IMG/VR virus record: IMGVR_UViG_2706796644_000001
Span: 96,001 to 160,000 of that record
Origin: a virus
Lineage: Duplodnaviria; Caudoviricetes
Reading direction: 5' to 3' (one strand)
DNA: 64,000 bases
Of the stretch, positions 1-9,604 are shown one piece after another. Every line of letters starts with the position of its first letter. The stretch's first letter is position 1. Both the position numbers and the translations under genes were made by a program. The notes beneath the pieces are model-generated. The model had not been told where the DNA came from, did no database searches, and saw only the letters and a program-made list of their open reading frames with translations.

Positions 1-1260
1 CCGAAATGGCTCCAACAAGGGATCATCCAATGGAACAGGGGATCGTTAGAACTAGAAAATGGTTCTAAGATTATGGCAGCATCCACGTCCAGTTCTGCTG
101 TTCGTGGTATGTCCTTTAATGTAATCTTCTTGGACGAGTTTGCGTTCGTTCCAAACCACATTGCAGATGAGTTCTTCTCATCTGTATATCCTACTATCTC
201 TTCTGGTAAATCTACCAAAGTTATTATCATCTCTACGCCACACGGGATGAATATGTTCTACAAACTGTGGCACGATTCAGAAAGAAAGAAGAATGAATAT
301 ATAAGCACTGAAGTTCACTGGTCAGAAATTCCTGGTAGGGATGACAAGTGGAAAGCACAAACTATTGCTAACACATCGGAAGCACAGTTTAAGGTTGAGT
401 TTGAGTGTGAGTTCCTAGGATCTGTTGACACTCTAATATCTCCGTCAAAACTTAAGATCATGGCATACGATGATCCTATAAAATCTAATGCTGGACTAGA
501 TATTTTTGAAGCAGCTCAGAAAGATCATCAATATGTCATTGCATGTGATGTTGCTAGAGGAGTATCTAGTGATTATTCTGCATTTGTAGTTATAGACACG
601 ACTACCTTACCATATAAGATGGTAGCAAAATATAAAAATAATACTATTAAACCAATACTATTCCCGAATGTAATCGTAGACGTTGCAAAAAATTATAATG
701 GAGCGTATATCTTAGTTGAAGTCAATGATATCGGTGGGCAAGTTGCAGACATCATACACTTTGATCTTGAGTATGATAATCTTTTGATGGCGTCCATGCG
801 TGGTCGTGCAGGTCAGATTGTTGGACAAGGATTTTCTGGAAAGAAAACCCAGATGGGAGTTAAGATGAGCACTGTTGTAAAAAAAGTTGGGTGCTCAAAC
901 ATGAAAGCATTGATTGAGGAAGATAAGTTACTCATTAGTGATTACGATATCATCTCAGAGTTGACTACCTTCATTCAAAAAGGTCAATCATTTGAGGCGG
1001 AAGATGGTTGTAATGATGACTTGGCGATGTGCCTAGTTATTTTTTCTTGGTTAGCACTACAAGATTACTTCCGTGAAATGAATGACACGGATGTTCGTCA
1101 ACGTATCTACGATGATCAAAGAGAGAATATTGAGCAGGATATGGCACCGTTTGGATTTATTTCTGATGGTTTAGAAGATGGTACATTCAAAGACTCTGGA
1201 GGGGATCTCTGGCACACAGATGAATACGGTGACCGTGCGTATATGTGGGAATACAGGTAG
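1..1260 (+). CDS. gp17: Terminase large subunit, 5' part outside window
   Basis: Frame is open from position 1. Walker B-like IFLDEFAF, IISTPHG, nuclease motifs ACDVARG and NDDLAM. Lies upstream of gp18. Confidence 0.97.
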   Translation, partial: PKWLQQGIIQWNRGSLELENGSKIMAASTSSSAVRGMSFNVIFLDEFAFVPNHIADEFFSSVYPTISSGKSTKVIIISTPHGMNMFYKLWHDSERKKNEYISTEVHWSEIPGRDDKWKAQTIANTSEAQFKVEFECEFLGSVDTLISPSKLKIMAYDDPIKSNAGLDIFEAAQKDHQYVIACDVARGVSSDYSAFVVIDTTTLPYKMVAKYKNNTIKPILFPNVIVDVAKNYNGAYILVEVNDIGGQVADIIHFDLEYDNLLMASMRGRAGQIVGQGFSGKKTQMGVKMSTVVKKVGCSNMKALIEEDKLLISDYDIISELTTFIQKGQSFEAEDGCNDDLAMCLVIFSWLALQDYFREMNDTDVRQRIYDDQRENIEQDMAPFGFISDGLEDGTFKDSGGDLWHTDEYGDRAYMWEYR

Positions 1261-1279
1261 ATATTGAATACTTCATTTT

Positions 1280-1287
1280 TATAAATA
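1280..1287 (+). promoter_or_regulatory. T4-type late promoter TATAAATA
   Basis: Exact late consensus in the gp17-gp18 gap. Similar (C/T/G)TAAATA boxes lie at about 3737, 4394, 6048, 6068, 7035, 8118, 9559, 11097, 20409, 32303, 41285, 44852, 47998, 55438, 57051 and 58667. Confidence 0.85.
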
Positions 1288-1329
1288 TTTTTAGAAAACT
1301 GAATAGTATTCTATAGGAGTGTATTTCAC

Positions 1330-3735
1330 ATGGCAGCGTCACAGTTATCGCCAGGTGTCGTTATTCAGGAGAGAGATTTTACCACAGTTAGCTCAGTTGC
1401 TCTGGCTAATATCGGTGCAATCGCAGCTCCTTTTGAACGTGGACCTGTTGAGCAGATCGTAGATGTTAACTCAGAACGAACCCTGATCTCAACGTTTGGC
1501 AAACCGAATGATACCAATTACGAATTTTGGTTTAGCGCCGCTCAGTTTCTGAGCTATGGCGGTACTCTGAAGACCATTCGTGCAGATGGTACTAACCTCA
1601 AGAACGCAGTATCTAATTCTGCTGCGGTAAAAATTAAGAATTTACAAAATTACGAAACCAGTTATGAGACTGGTGTCAGCAACAACTGGACCTTTGCAAC
1701 CCAGACACCTGGTGCATATGGTAACTCACTTCGCGTCTACATGACCGATGCTGGTGCTGATCAAATCCTGACCCTGACTGCTCCTAGTAGCGGTAACGAC
1801 TTTGAATTCACTGAAGGCGAAGCAGTTTCTGCTGGTAATGTAAGTGGTAAAGTCTATAGATATTCAATCAAACTTGGTATTGAACCTACCGTTAACGGTA
1901 CATTCATTCCTGAGGAATCTGCATGGGGAACTGCAACATACTATAAAAAGTATGACAGAGTTTCTAATGGCGGTAACGTCTATCAGGCACAAGAAGCTGG
2001 TACATCAGGTGCAACTGCCCCTGTTCATGCTAGTGGTTTGGCATCTGACGACAACATCAACTGGTTGTTTGTATCTGCTGCTGCAGCTGCAACGATTGAA
2101 ATTGGTGGTTCAGATCAAACTGTAGAAGTCCTTTCTTGGAATCCTTCAAGTCGTATTCTTGAGATTACTATTCCTAGTGCAGGAATTGTTGGTTTCATTG
2201 ACGACACGATGAGTGTTGTACAAGGTAGTGTAACTGGTGCTATCCAGTCTGTCACTAGAGAACTTCAAGTTGTTGGTTCACAGGGTTCTTCACCTTTCGC
2301 TGCAACTAATACTATCGCTGACACCAACGCTGCAGCTGCAGTTGTTGAAGCAATCAGAGATGAGTATCTTGAGCGTGAGTATATTCCTGGTAAGAAGTGG
2401 GTAAACATTGCTCCTCGTCCTGGAACTTCATTGTATGCCTTGGACAAAGGTGCATATGATGACGAACTGCATATCATCGTTCTTGATGGTGATGGTCTTC
2501 TTACGGGAACACCTAACACTCTCCTTGAGCGTTTCATCGGTATCTCTAAAGCAACTGATGCTAAGAGCACTGTTGGTGAGAACAACTACTACGCTAGTGT
2601 ACTGAAGCAAACTTCACAGTATATCTACTGGGGTTCGCATCCTGCATCTGCTGATCAGTTTGCAACTAATGCTACTATCAGTGAAGGCGCATGGGGTTCT
2701 GTCGCTGCTAACCGTAGTTTCAACAGAATCCAATCCAGCACGGCTGTTCATAACGAGCCTAACGGTCGTCACATGAACGGTGGTAAGAATGGTTCTTCCC
2801 TCAAGTTTGCATTTGCTCAAGGTGTTGACGATTATGTCAATACTTCCTCTGACTTTAGTAACGCTTACAACCTGGTTTCCGATGCAGAATCGGTAAGAGT
2901 TGATTATATCATCTCTGGTCCTCAGGGTGCTACTAGAGACGACGCACTTGCTAAAGTAAATGCTATCCTCAACATCGTAAACAGCAGAAAAGATTGCCTC
3001 GCATTCTTCTCTCCAATGCGTGCTGATATCATTGGTCAAACAAATTCGGATGTCATTACTAATAAGGTCCTTAACTACTTCAATAGTGTAGGTTCTAGTT
3101 CTTATTGCGTGCTTGATGCAGGTTATAAGTACATCTACGATAAGTACAGTGATGTTTATCGCTATGTACCTTGCAACGGTGACGTTGCTGGTCTCTGCCT
3201 TGAAACTGGTATCAATCAAGATCCTTGGTTCTCTCCCGCAGGTTTCTCTCGTGGTGTCCTGAGAAATGCTATTAAACTAGCATACTCTCCTAATAAGGAT
3301 CAGCGCGACAAGTTGTATGCTGAAAGAGTTAACCCAATCGTTTCTTTCCCTGGTCAGGGTATCATCCTGTTCGGTGACAAGACTGGACTTGGTTACAACT
3401 CTGCGTTTGATAGAATCAACGTTCGCCGTTTGTTCTTGACTCTTGAGAGAGTTATTGGTGAGTCTGCTAGACAGCAGTTGTTTGAGCAGAACGATGAGAC
3501 CTCACGTTCACTCTTCCGCAATTTGGTTGAACCTTATCTCCGTGATGTCCAAGGGCGTCGTGGTGTAACGGACTTCCTTATCAAGTGTGATGACGAGAAC
3601 AACCCTGCTGATGCCGTTGATCGTGGCGAATTCTATGCAGAGGTTTACGTTAAGCCTACTCGCACTATTAATTACATCACATTGACTTTCACCGCAACGA
3701 GAACAGGTGTCTCGTTCTCTGAAATTGCCAGTTAA
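1330..3735 (+). CDS. gp18: Tail sheath protein with inserted surface domains
   Basis: N-terminal SPGVVIQERD; C-terminal WFSPAG, FDRINVRRLF, KPTRTINYITLTF. Confidence 0.97.
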   Translation: MAASQLSPGVVIQERDFTTVSSVALANIGAIAAPFERGPVEQIVDVNSERTLISTFGKPNDTNYEFWFSAAQFLSYGGTLKTIRADGTNLKNAVSNSAAVKIKNLQNYETSYETGVSNNWTFATQTPGAYGNSLRVYMTDAGADQILTLTAPSSGNDFEFTEGEAVSAGNVSGKVYRYSIKLGIEPTVNGTFIPEESAWGTATYYKKYDRVSNGGNVYQAQEAGTSGATAPVHASGLASDDNINWLFVSAAAAATIEIGGSDQTVEVLSWNPSSRILEITIPSAGIVGFIDDTMSVVQGSVTGAIQSVTRELQVVGSQGSSPFAATNTIADTNAAAAVVEAIRDEYLEREYIPGKKWVNIAPRPGTSLYALDKGAYDDELHIIVLDGDGLLTGTPNTLLERFIGISKATDAKSTVGENNYYASVLKQTSQYIYWGSHPASADQFATNATISEGAWGSVAANRSFNRIQSSTAVHNEPNGRHMNGGKNGSSLKFAFAQGVDDYVNTSSDFSNAYNLVSDAESVRVDYIISGPQGATRDDALAKVNAILNIVNSRKDCLAFFSPMRADIIGQTNSDVITNKVLNYFNSVGSSSYCVLDAGYKYIYDKYSDVYRYVPCNGDVAGLCLETGINQDPWFSPAGFSRGVLRNAIKLAYSPNKDQRDKLYAERVNPIVSFPGQGIILFGDKTGLGYNSAFDRINVRRLFLTLERVIGESARQQLFEQNDETSRSLFRNLVEPYLRDVQGRRGVTDFLIKCDDENNPADAVDRGEFYAEVYVKPTRTINYITLTFTATRTGVSFSEIAS

Positions 3736-3768
3736 TCTAAATAATAATAAGCTAGGAGGCTAATTAAA

Positions 3769-4368
3769 ATGGCAGTAAAAGGTACAATTGACAATTTTAA
3801 AGCAAAGGTTGTCTCTGACTTTGCAAGACCTAACCTGTTTCAGGTTGATCTTGCATTCCCATCACAGATTATCGCAAATGGTTCATCTCTCACTGACCTA
3901 GGCAATTTCACGGTTCGCGCCGCTAACCTGCCTTCGGCTCAGATGGGTATCATTGAGGTTCCTTTCCGTGGTCGCGTTCTTAAGATCGCTGGCGACAGAA
4001 CGTTTGAACCTTGGACCATCACGATTATGAACGATAGTAAGTTCATTCTTAGAAACGCATTTGAGACCTGGATTGAAAAAATCCAAGCCGCAAATGAGAA
4101 CATTACTCAGACCACTGGTTTGGGTGATGAGTCTGATGCTACTGGTTACTTTGCAGACATGCAAGTACACCAACTGTCCCGCTCTGGCGAGGCAGGAAAG
4201 GCAAAATCAAATCCAGTTCGTTCCTACAAGTTTACTGACGTATTCCCAAGTAACGTTTCTGCTATTGATCTTGATTTCGGTAGCAATGACGCTGTTGAGG
4301 AGTTCACAGTAGAACTTCAGGTTCAGTACTGGCAAGCACTGACGGAAGACACAACTTCAGACGCTTGA
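3769..4368 (+). CDS. gp19: Tail tube protein
   Basis: ARPNLF, VPFRGRVLKIAGDRTFEPWTITI, EEFTVELQVQYW. Confidence 0.96.
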   Translation: MAVKGTIDNFKAKVVSDFARPNLFQVDLAFPSQIIANGSSLTDLGNFTVRAANLPSAQMGIIEVPFRGRVLKIAGDRTFEPWTITIMNDSKFILRNAFETWIEKIQAANENITQTTGLGDESDATGYFADMQVHQLSRSGEAGKAKSNPVRSYKFTDVFPSNVSAIDLDFGSNDAVEEFTVELQVQYWQALTEDTTSDA

Positions 4369-4374
4369 TATAAA

Positions 4375-4395
4375 AGGGGGTCTTCGTGACCCCCT
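4375..4395. terminator. GC-rich hairpin after gp19
   Basis: AGGGGGTC-TTCGT-GACCCCCT, overlapping the late box CTAAATA of gp20. Confidence 0.6.
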
Positions 4396-4431
4396 AAATA
4401 GTATCATATATGGTTATAAAGTAAGGACTGG

Positions 4432-6051
4432 TTGATGTCGCAACTATTCGGTTTTTCAATTGATAGAGCAAAGAAGGCCCCCAAAGGGCCTTCTTTCGTG
4501 CAAAAAGATAATCTGGACGGGGCATACCCTGTCGCAGGTGGACAACATTATGCACACACCGTAGACATTGACGGCATAGTTCGCAATGAATATGAGTTGA
4601 TCGGTCGCTATCGCGACATGATTCTTCAACCAGAATGTGATTCTGCTGTTGATGATGTAGTAAATGAAACTATCTGCGGTAATTTTGATGATGTTCCCGT
4701 AGAGATTGAACTATCAAATCTCAAAGTATCAGAAAAAATTAAGAAACTTATTAGAGAAGAGTTCACAACTATTCTAAAACTTCTTGATTTTGACAATCGT
4801 TCGTATGAAATTTTCCGCCGTTGGTACGTTGACGGTAGACTATTTTTCCACAAAGTAATTGATCCAAAGAATCCTAGAGGTGGTCTGACGGAACTCAGAT
4901 ACATTGACCCCCGTAAGATTCGTAAGATTTCAGAGATGGAATCAAAACCTGCTCGTCCTGCAACAAACATCAACGAAGCGTTGACTCAGAGACAAGCAGA
5001 ATATTTCCTTTACAATCCTAAGGGACTAAAGAATACTTCTGCTGGTGGGCAAGGTCTTAAAATCGCACCTGATTCTATCACTTATGTACATAGTGGTATC
5101 ATGGATCTTAATAAGAACATGGTACTGTCACATCTACATAAGGCAATCAAGGCAGTGAATCAACTGCGTATGATTGAAGACTCTCTTGTAATTTATCGTT
5201 TATCCCGTGCCCCCGAAAGAAGAATCTTTTACATTGATGTTGGCAACCTTCCTAAACAGAAGGCGGAACAGTATCTTCGTGAAGTTATGGGGCGTTATCG
5301 TAATAAGTTGGTTTACGATGCTAGCACAGGGGAGATCAGAGACGATAAAAAGTTTATGTCTATGCTTGAGGATTTTTGGTTACCCCGTCGTGAGGGCGGT
5401 AGAGGAACTGAAATCACAACTTTACCAGGTGGTCAAAACCTTGGTGAACTTGAAGATGTTAAGTATTTTCAAAAGAAACTTTACAAAGCACTCAACGTCC
5501 CCTCCTCCAGACTAGAGACAGAGACTACATTTAATATTGGACGCGCTGCAGAGATCACCAGAGACGAAGTTAAGTTCCAAAAATTTATTGCTCGTCTCCG
5601 CAAAAGATTCAGTGAATTATTCATGGATCTGATTAAGACTCAACTAGTTCTCAAAGAAGTTATTTCTATTGAAGAATGGGATGAGTACAAAGATCATATC
5701 CAAATTAATTATATTGCTGATAGTTACTTCAATGAATTGAAGGAAACTGAAATTCGTAATGAGCGTATGAATTTGGTCGGCACTATGGATCCCTTTGTGG
5801 GCAAATACTTTAGTGTTGATTATATCCGCCGTCAGGTACTTAAGCATACTGACACCGAAATTGCTGAAATTGATAAGCAAATTGAGGTAGAGATGGCGGA
5901 TGGTACTATCGTTGATCCTGCCGAAGAAGCAGCTATGGCTGCTGAGGGTGGTGCTTTACCACCTGGTGAAGGTGCTCCAGTCGCAGAGCAGCAACCGCTT
6001 TTTTCAGATGATGAATTGAGTGCGGAAGATGCAAAACGAGGACAGATCTAA
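4432..6051 (+). CDS. gp20: Portal vertex protein
   Basis: YRLSRAPERRIFYIDVGNLPK, EDFWLPRREGGRGTEITTLPGG. Confidence 0.98.
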   Translation: MMSQLFGFSIDRAKKAPKGPSFVQKDNLDGAYPVAGGQHYAHTVDIDGIVRNEYELIGRYRDMILQPECDSAVDDVVNETICGNFDDVPVEIELSNLKVSEKIKKLIREEFTTILKLLDFDNRSYEIFRRWYVDGRLFFHKVIDPKNPRGGLTELRYIDPRKIRKISEMESKPARPATNINEALTQRQAEYFLYNPKGLKNTSAGGQGLKIAPDSITYVHSGIMDLNKNMVLSHLHKAIKAVNQLRMIEDSLVIYRLSRAPERRIFYIDVGNLPKQKAEQYLREVMGRYRNKLVYDASTGEIRDDKKFMSMLEDFWLPRREGGRGTEITTLPGGQNLGELEDVKYFQKKLYKALNVPSSRLETETTFNIGRAAEITRDEVKFQKFIARLRKRFSELFMDLIKTQLVLKEVISIEEWDEYKDHIQINYIADSYFNELKETEIRNERMNLVGTMDPFVGKYFSVDYIRRQVLKHTDTEIAEIDKQIEVEMADGTIVDPAEEAAMAAEGGALPPGEGAPVAEQQPLFSDDELSAEDAKRGQI

Positions 6052-6077
6052 ATAGTACTATTATTATCATAAATATT

Positions 6078-6401
6078 ATGGCTTCCGAAAATGCAACCGA
6101 TATCGTAAATAAGATATTTGCTGATGATAAGGCAGATGCGATTGATGCAATTAACAACGCTTTAGGCGCATCATCTTACGATTTGATTCAGCAAAAGAAA
6201 CTTGAGTTTGCTCAGAGTTGGGGATTTAACCCCGATGATACTGCTCAAGCAGTTGCTGATGAAATTACTGATAATCTTCCAGATGCCTCTGACACCCCAA
6301 CGGATGTAGAGATTGACGGTAGACTACCAGAAGATCCACCAGAAGCATCTATTGAAAACGATGTAAATCCAGAGGAACCTACAGATGAAACTGATCAGTG
6401 A
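6078..6401 (+). CDS. Acidic protein at the prohead-core position (gp67/gp68-like)
   Basis: Very acidic, lies between gp20 and gp21, late box upstream. Confidence 0.55.
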   Translation: MASENATDIVNKIFADDKADAIDAINNALGASSYDLIQQKKLEFAQSWGFNPDDTAQAVADEITDNLPDASDTPTDVEIDGRLPEDPPEASIENDVNPEEPTDETDQ

Positions 6402-7032
6402 AGAAATTCTAAATGTTAACTTCCTTGCAGAAGAAACTGAGGATGGGAAAAAATCCCACTTCATTGAAGGAGTTTTTCTGCAAGGTGGAATCAAAAATCG
6501 CAACGGAAGATACTACCCCGTTGAAACACTTTCTCGCGAAGTTGCTAAATATGATGAGAACTTCATTAGCAAAGGACGCGCTCTTGGTGAACTAGGCCAT
6601 CCCGATGGTCCCTCTATCAATCTTGATAGGGTATCACACAAGATCGTTAATCTTGCACAAGAAGGTAATAACTTTATCGGTAAAGCTAAACTGCTTGATA
6701 CCCCTATGGGTAACATTGCAAAGTCACTTTTAGATGAAGGTGTTAAACTTGGTGTTTCTTCTAGAGGAATGGGTTCCATTCGTAAGGAAGAAGACATGGC
6801 AATCGTAGAGGATGACTTTATGCTTGCTACAGCTGCCGACATTGTAGCAGATCCGTCTGCTCCTGATGCATTTGTTGATGGAATTATGGAAGGCAAAGAA
6901 TGGGTTTGGGATAATGGATTGCTCAAAGAGGCACATATTGCCAAAATGAAGCGAGAAATTGACCAGGCAACCATCATCAATATCCAAGAGCGCAAAGTTT
7001 CCGCGTTCAAAACCTTTTTACAAAGTTTGTAA
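6385..7032 (+). CDS. gp21: Prohead core protease
   Basis: NRNGRYYP, ALGELGHP, GVSSRGMGS, DIVADPSAPDA. Confidence 0.97.
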   Translation: MKLISEEILNVNFLAEETEDGKKSHFIEGVFLQGGIKNRNGRYYPVETLSREVAKYDENFISKGRALGELGHPDGPSINLDRVSHKIVNLAQEGNNFIGKAKLLDTPMGNIAKSLLDEGVKLGVSSRGMGSIRKEEDMAIVEDDFMLATAADIVADPSAPDAFVDGIMEGKEWVWDNGLLKEAHIAKMKREIDQATIINIQERKVSAFKTFLQSL

Positions 7033-7058
7033 AGTATAAATAATCATAGATAAATCAA

Positions 7059-8111
7059 ATGCTGACTACAGGAGATTCAAACATGTCCGATATCCGCGAC
7101 GTAGAATTTGAAGCACAGATGGCTGAAGATGTTGCAACTGGTGTCGCTGCTATCAAGAAAGGCGCGAAACCAGGTGAGAATATTGACACGTCTGGTGCAA
7201 AGTCCACCTCTATTGGTGGCACCGATAACAAGACCGAAGAGGGAGCAAAAGGCACATCAAATCTTGGTGCTAAAGCTTCTGCCCCCGTTAGTGTAGAAGG
7301 AGACAAGTCTATTAAGACTAAACCTTCTGACGCATCATCTAAAATGGAGGACGTAGAGGAAGATGGCGAAGAAACAATCGCTGAAGCCCAGTACGACTTT
7401 AGTGAAGATGTTAACGCTCTTGTCGCTGGTGAAGAACTCTCAGAAGACTTCAGAGAGCGAGCAGTAACAATCTTTGAGGCAGCAGTAACCGCTAAGGTTA
7501 ATGCTGAAGTTGCTGCAGTACAAGAAGCATTTGAGGCTACTCTAACCGAACAGGTTGAGGAAATCAAAACAGAATTGGCCACCAAAGTAGACGACTACCT
7601 GTCTTATGCCGCCCAACAGTGGATGGAGGAAAATACCCTCGCTGTAGAGCATGGCGTTAAGAATGAAATTGCAGAGTCGTTCATGGTTGGCCTCAAGGCT
7701 CTTTTCGCGGAGCACCATGTTGGTGTTCCAGAAGAGAAGTTTAACCTGCTTGATGGCATGGTTGAACAAATTGATGACATGGAAGGAAAACTCAACGAGC
7801 AAATTGAGTCCAATATTTCTTTGAATAAGAGAATTGGAGATTTTGTTAAGATGGAAATTGTGAACGATTGCGCTGTAGGTTTAACCGAGACGCAAAAGGA
7901 GAAGCTCGCTTCTCTGGCAGAAGGTGTTGAGTTTGAGAGTGAAGAAGGTTTTCATAAGAAAATCACTACTATTAAGGAGTCATACTTCACTAGGAAGGAA
8001 TCTGCTACTGTAGATCCTACTGAAGATGTACAACCCTTGGTAGAGGAGACCCAGTATAATGGTCCGATGGGCGCTTATGTTGATGCCCTGAGCCGCTGGT
8101 CCCAATCGTAA
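7059..8111 (+). CDS. gp22: Prohead scaffolding protein (start may be 7083)
   Basis: Acidic coiled coil, IFEAAV, KVDDYLSY; lies between gp21 and gp23. Confidence 0.93.
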   Translation: MLTTGDSNMSDIRDVEFEAQMAEDVATGVAAIKKGAKPGENIDTSGAKSTSIGGTDNKTEEGAKGTSNLGAKASAPVSVEGDKSIKTKPSDASSKMEDVEEDGEETIAEAQYDFSEDVNALVAGEELSEDFRERAVTIFEAAVTAKVNAEVAAVQEAFEATLTEQVEEIKTELATKVDDYLSYAAQQWMEENTLAVEHGVKNEIAESFMVGLKALFAEHHVGVPEEKFNLLDGMVEQIDDMEGKLNEQIESNISLNKRIGDFVKMEIVNDCAVGLTETQKEKLASLAEGVEFESEEGFHKKITTIKESYFTRKESATVDPTEDVQPLVEETQYNGPMGAYVDALSRWSQS

Positions 8112-8151
8112 TTATTTGTAAATACTACCCTACTAAAATTTAGATAAAAAA

Positions 8152-9540
8152 ATGGCTGATCTAAAGCAACTCCAAGAAAAGTGGGCACCTGTGCTTGAGC
8201 ACGAGGCCCTCCCTAAAATTGAAGACTCGCACAAGAAAGCAGTTGTAGCTCAACTGCTTGAGAACCAAGAGTTTGCCGCTCGTGAAGAGCAGCAGATGCT
8301 GACTGAAGCACCTACCATGGCCGCTGGCACTGGTGGTTTCAGTGGTGGTTCTACCGCAACAGGTCCTGTCGCTGGTTTTGACCCCGTTCTGATCTCCCTG
8401 ATCAGGCGCTCCATGCCTCAACTGATCGCCTATGACATCGCAGGCGTTCAACCGATGACTGGTCCTACTGGACTGATCTTCGCAATGCGTTCAAACTACG
8501 GTACAGGTACTAACCCTGCTGCTGCTGGTTATGACGAAGCATTCTTCAACGAGCCTAACGCTGGTTTCTCTGGTGGCGACACGTCTTCCACCTACGATCC
8601 TGGTGCATCAGGTTCTGCCAACAACGATGCAGAAGGCACCAACCCTGCTCTCCTCAATGATGGTTCCCCTGGAACCTATGAGTTGACTGGCGATGCCCAA
8701 GGCATGTCTACCGCCGCTTCTGAAGCACTTGGCGAGTCTGGAACCGACTTCCGTGAGATGGGTTTCAGCATTGAGAAGGTTACTGTAACCGCCAAATCAC
8801 GCGCCCTGAAGGCTGAGTACAGTCTTGAGCTTGCTCAGGACCTCAAGGCAATTCATGGTTTGGATGCCGAGACCGAGCTGAGCAACATCCTCAGCACCGA
8901 GATCCTCGCTGAAATCAACCGTGAAGTTGTCCGTACCGTCTATGTAAACGCTGTTGCTGGTGCTCAGAACAACACCGCTTCTGCTGGTATCTTTGACCTT
9001 GACGTTGACTCCAACGGCAGATGGTCTGTTGAGAAGTTCAAAGGACTTCTGTTCCAGATTGAGCGTGATGCTAACGCTATCGGTCAGCAAACTCGTCGCG
9101 GGAAAGGCAACATCCTGATCTGCTCTGCAGACGTTGCTTCTGCCCTTGCGATGGCTGGTGTTCTTGACTACACCCCTGCACTGAACGGCAACAACGGTCT
9201 TATCCCTGATGACACCTCCAGCACCCTGGTTGGTACTCTGAACGGTCGCATTAAGGTCTACGTTGATCCTTACTCTGCTAACGTAAGTGACAAGCACTTC
9301 TATGTTGCTGGTTATAAGGGTTCTAGCGCCTATGACGCTGGTCTCTTCTACTGCCCATATGTACCCCTCCAGCAGGTTCGTGCAATCAACCCTGACACCT
9401 TCCAGCCCAAGATTGGCTTCAAGACTCGCTACGGCATGGTCTCCAATCCTTTCGCTCAAGGTCTTACTCAGGGTTCTGGCGCTCTGACCGCCAACTCTAA
9501 CCGTTACTACCGTCGCGTTCAGGTTGCTAACCTGATGTGA
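8152..9540 (+). CDS. gp23: Major capsid protein
   Basis: KWAPVL, GVQPMTGPTGLIFAMR, SRALKAEYSLELAQDLKAIHGLDAE, FQPKIGFKTRYG. Confidence 0.99.
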   Translation: MADLKQLQEKWAPVLEHEALPKIEDSHKKAVVAQLLENQEFAAREEQQMLTEAPTMAAGTGGFSGGSTATGPVAGFDPVLISLIRRSMPQLIAYDIAGVQPMTGPTGLIFAMRSNYGTGTNPAAAGYDEAFFNEPNAGFSGGDTSSTYDPGASGSANNDAEGTNPALLNDGSPGTYELTGDAQGMSTAASEALGESGTDFREMGFSIEKVTVTAKSRALKAEYSLELAQDLKAIHGLDAETELSNILSTEILAEINREVVRTVYVNAVAGAQNNTASAGIFDLDVDSNGRWSVEKFKGLLFQIERDANAIGQQTRRGKGNILICSADVASALAMAGVLDYTPALNGNNGLIPDDTSSTLVGTLNGRIKVYVDPYSANVSDKHFYVAGYKGSSAYDAGLFYCPYVPLQQVRAINPDTFQPKIGFKTRYGMVSNPFAQGLTQGSGALTANSNRYYRRVQVANLM

Positions 9541-9567
9541 TATAGGTCCTAACGGACATATAAATAC

Positions 9568-9593
9568 AAGGGACCCCTCGGGGTCCTTTTTTT
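9568..9593 (+). terminator. Intrinsic terminator after gp23
   Basis: AAGGGACCC-CTCG-GGGTCC followed by a T run. Confidence 0.88.
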
Positions 9594-9604
9594 ATTGCAT
9601 AATT

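Noticed and set aside
8296-8391. Assembly artefact or recent duplication explaining the gp23 / ORF 49018 similarity
   Set aside because: Most shared residues use different synonymous codons, so the DNA copies are well diverged.
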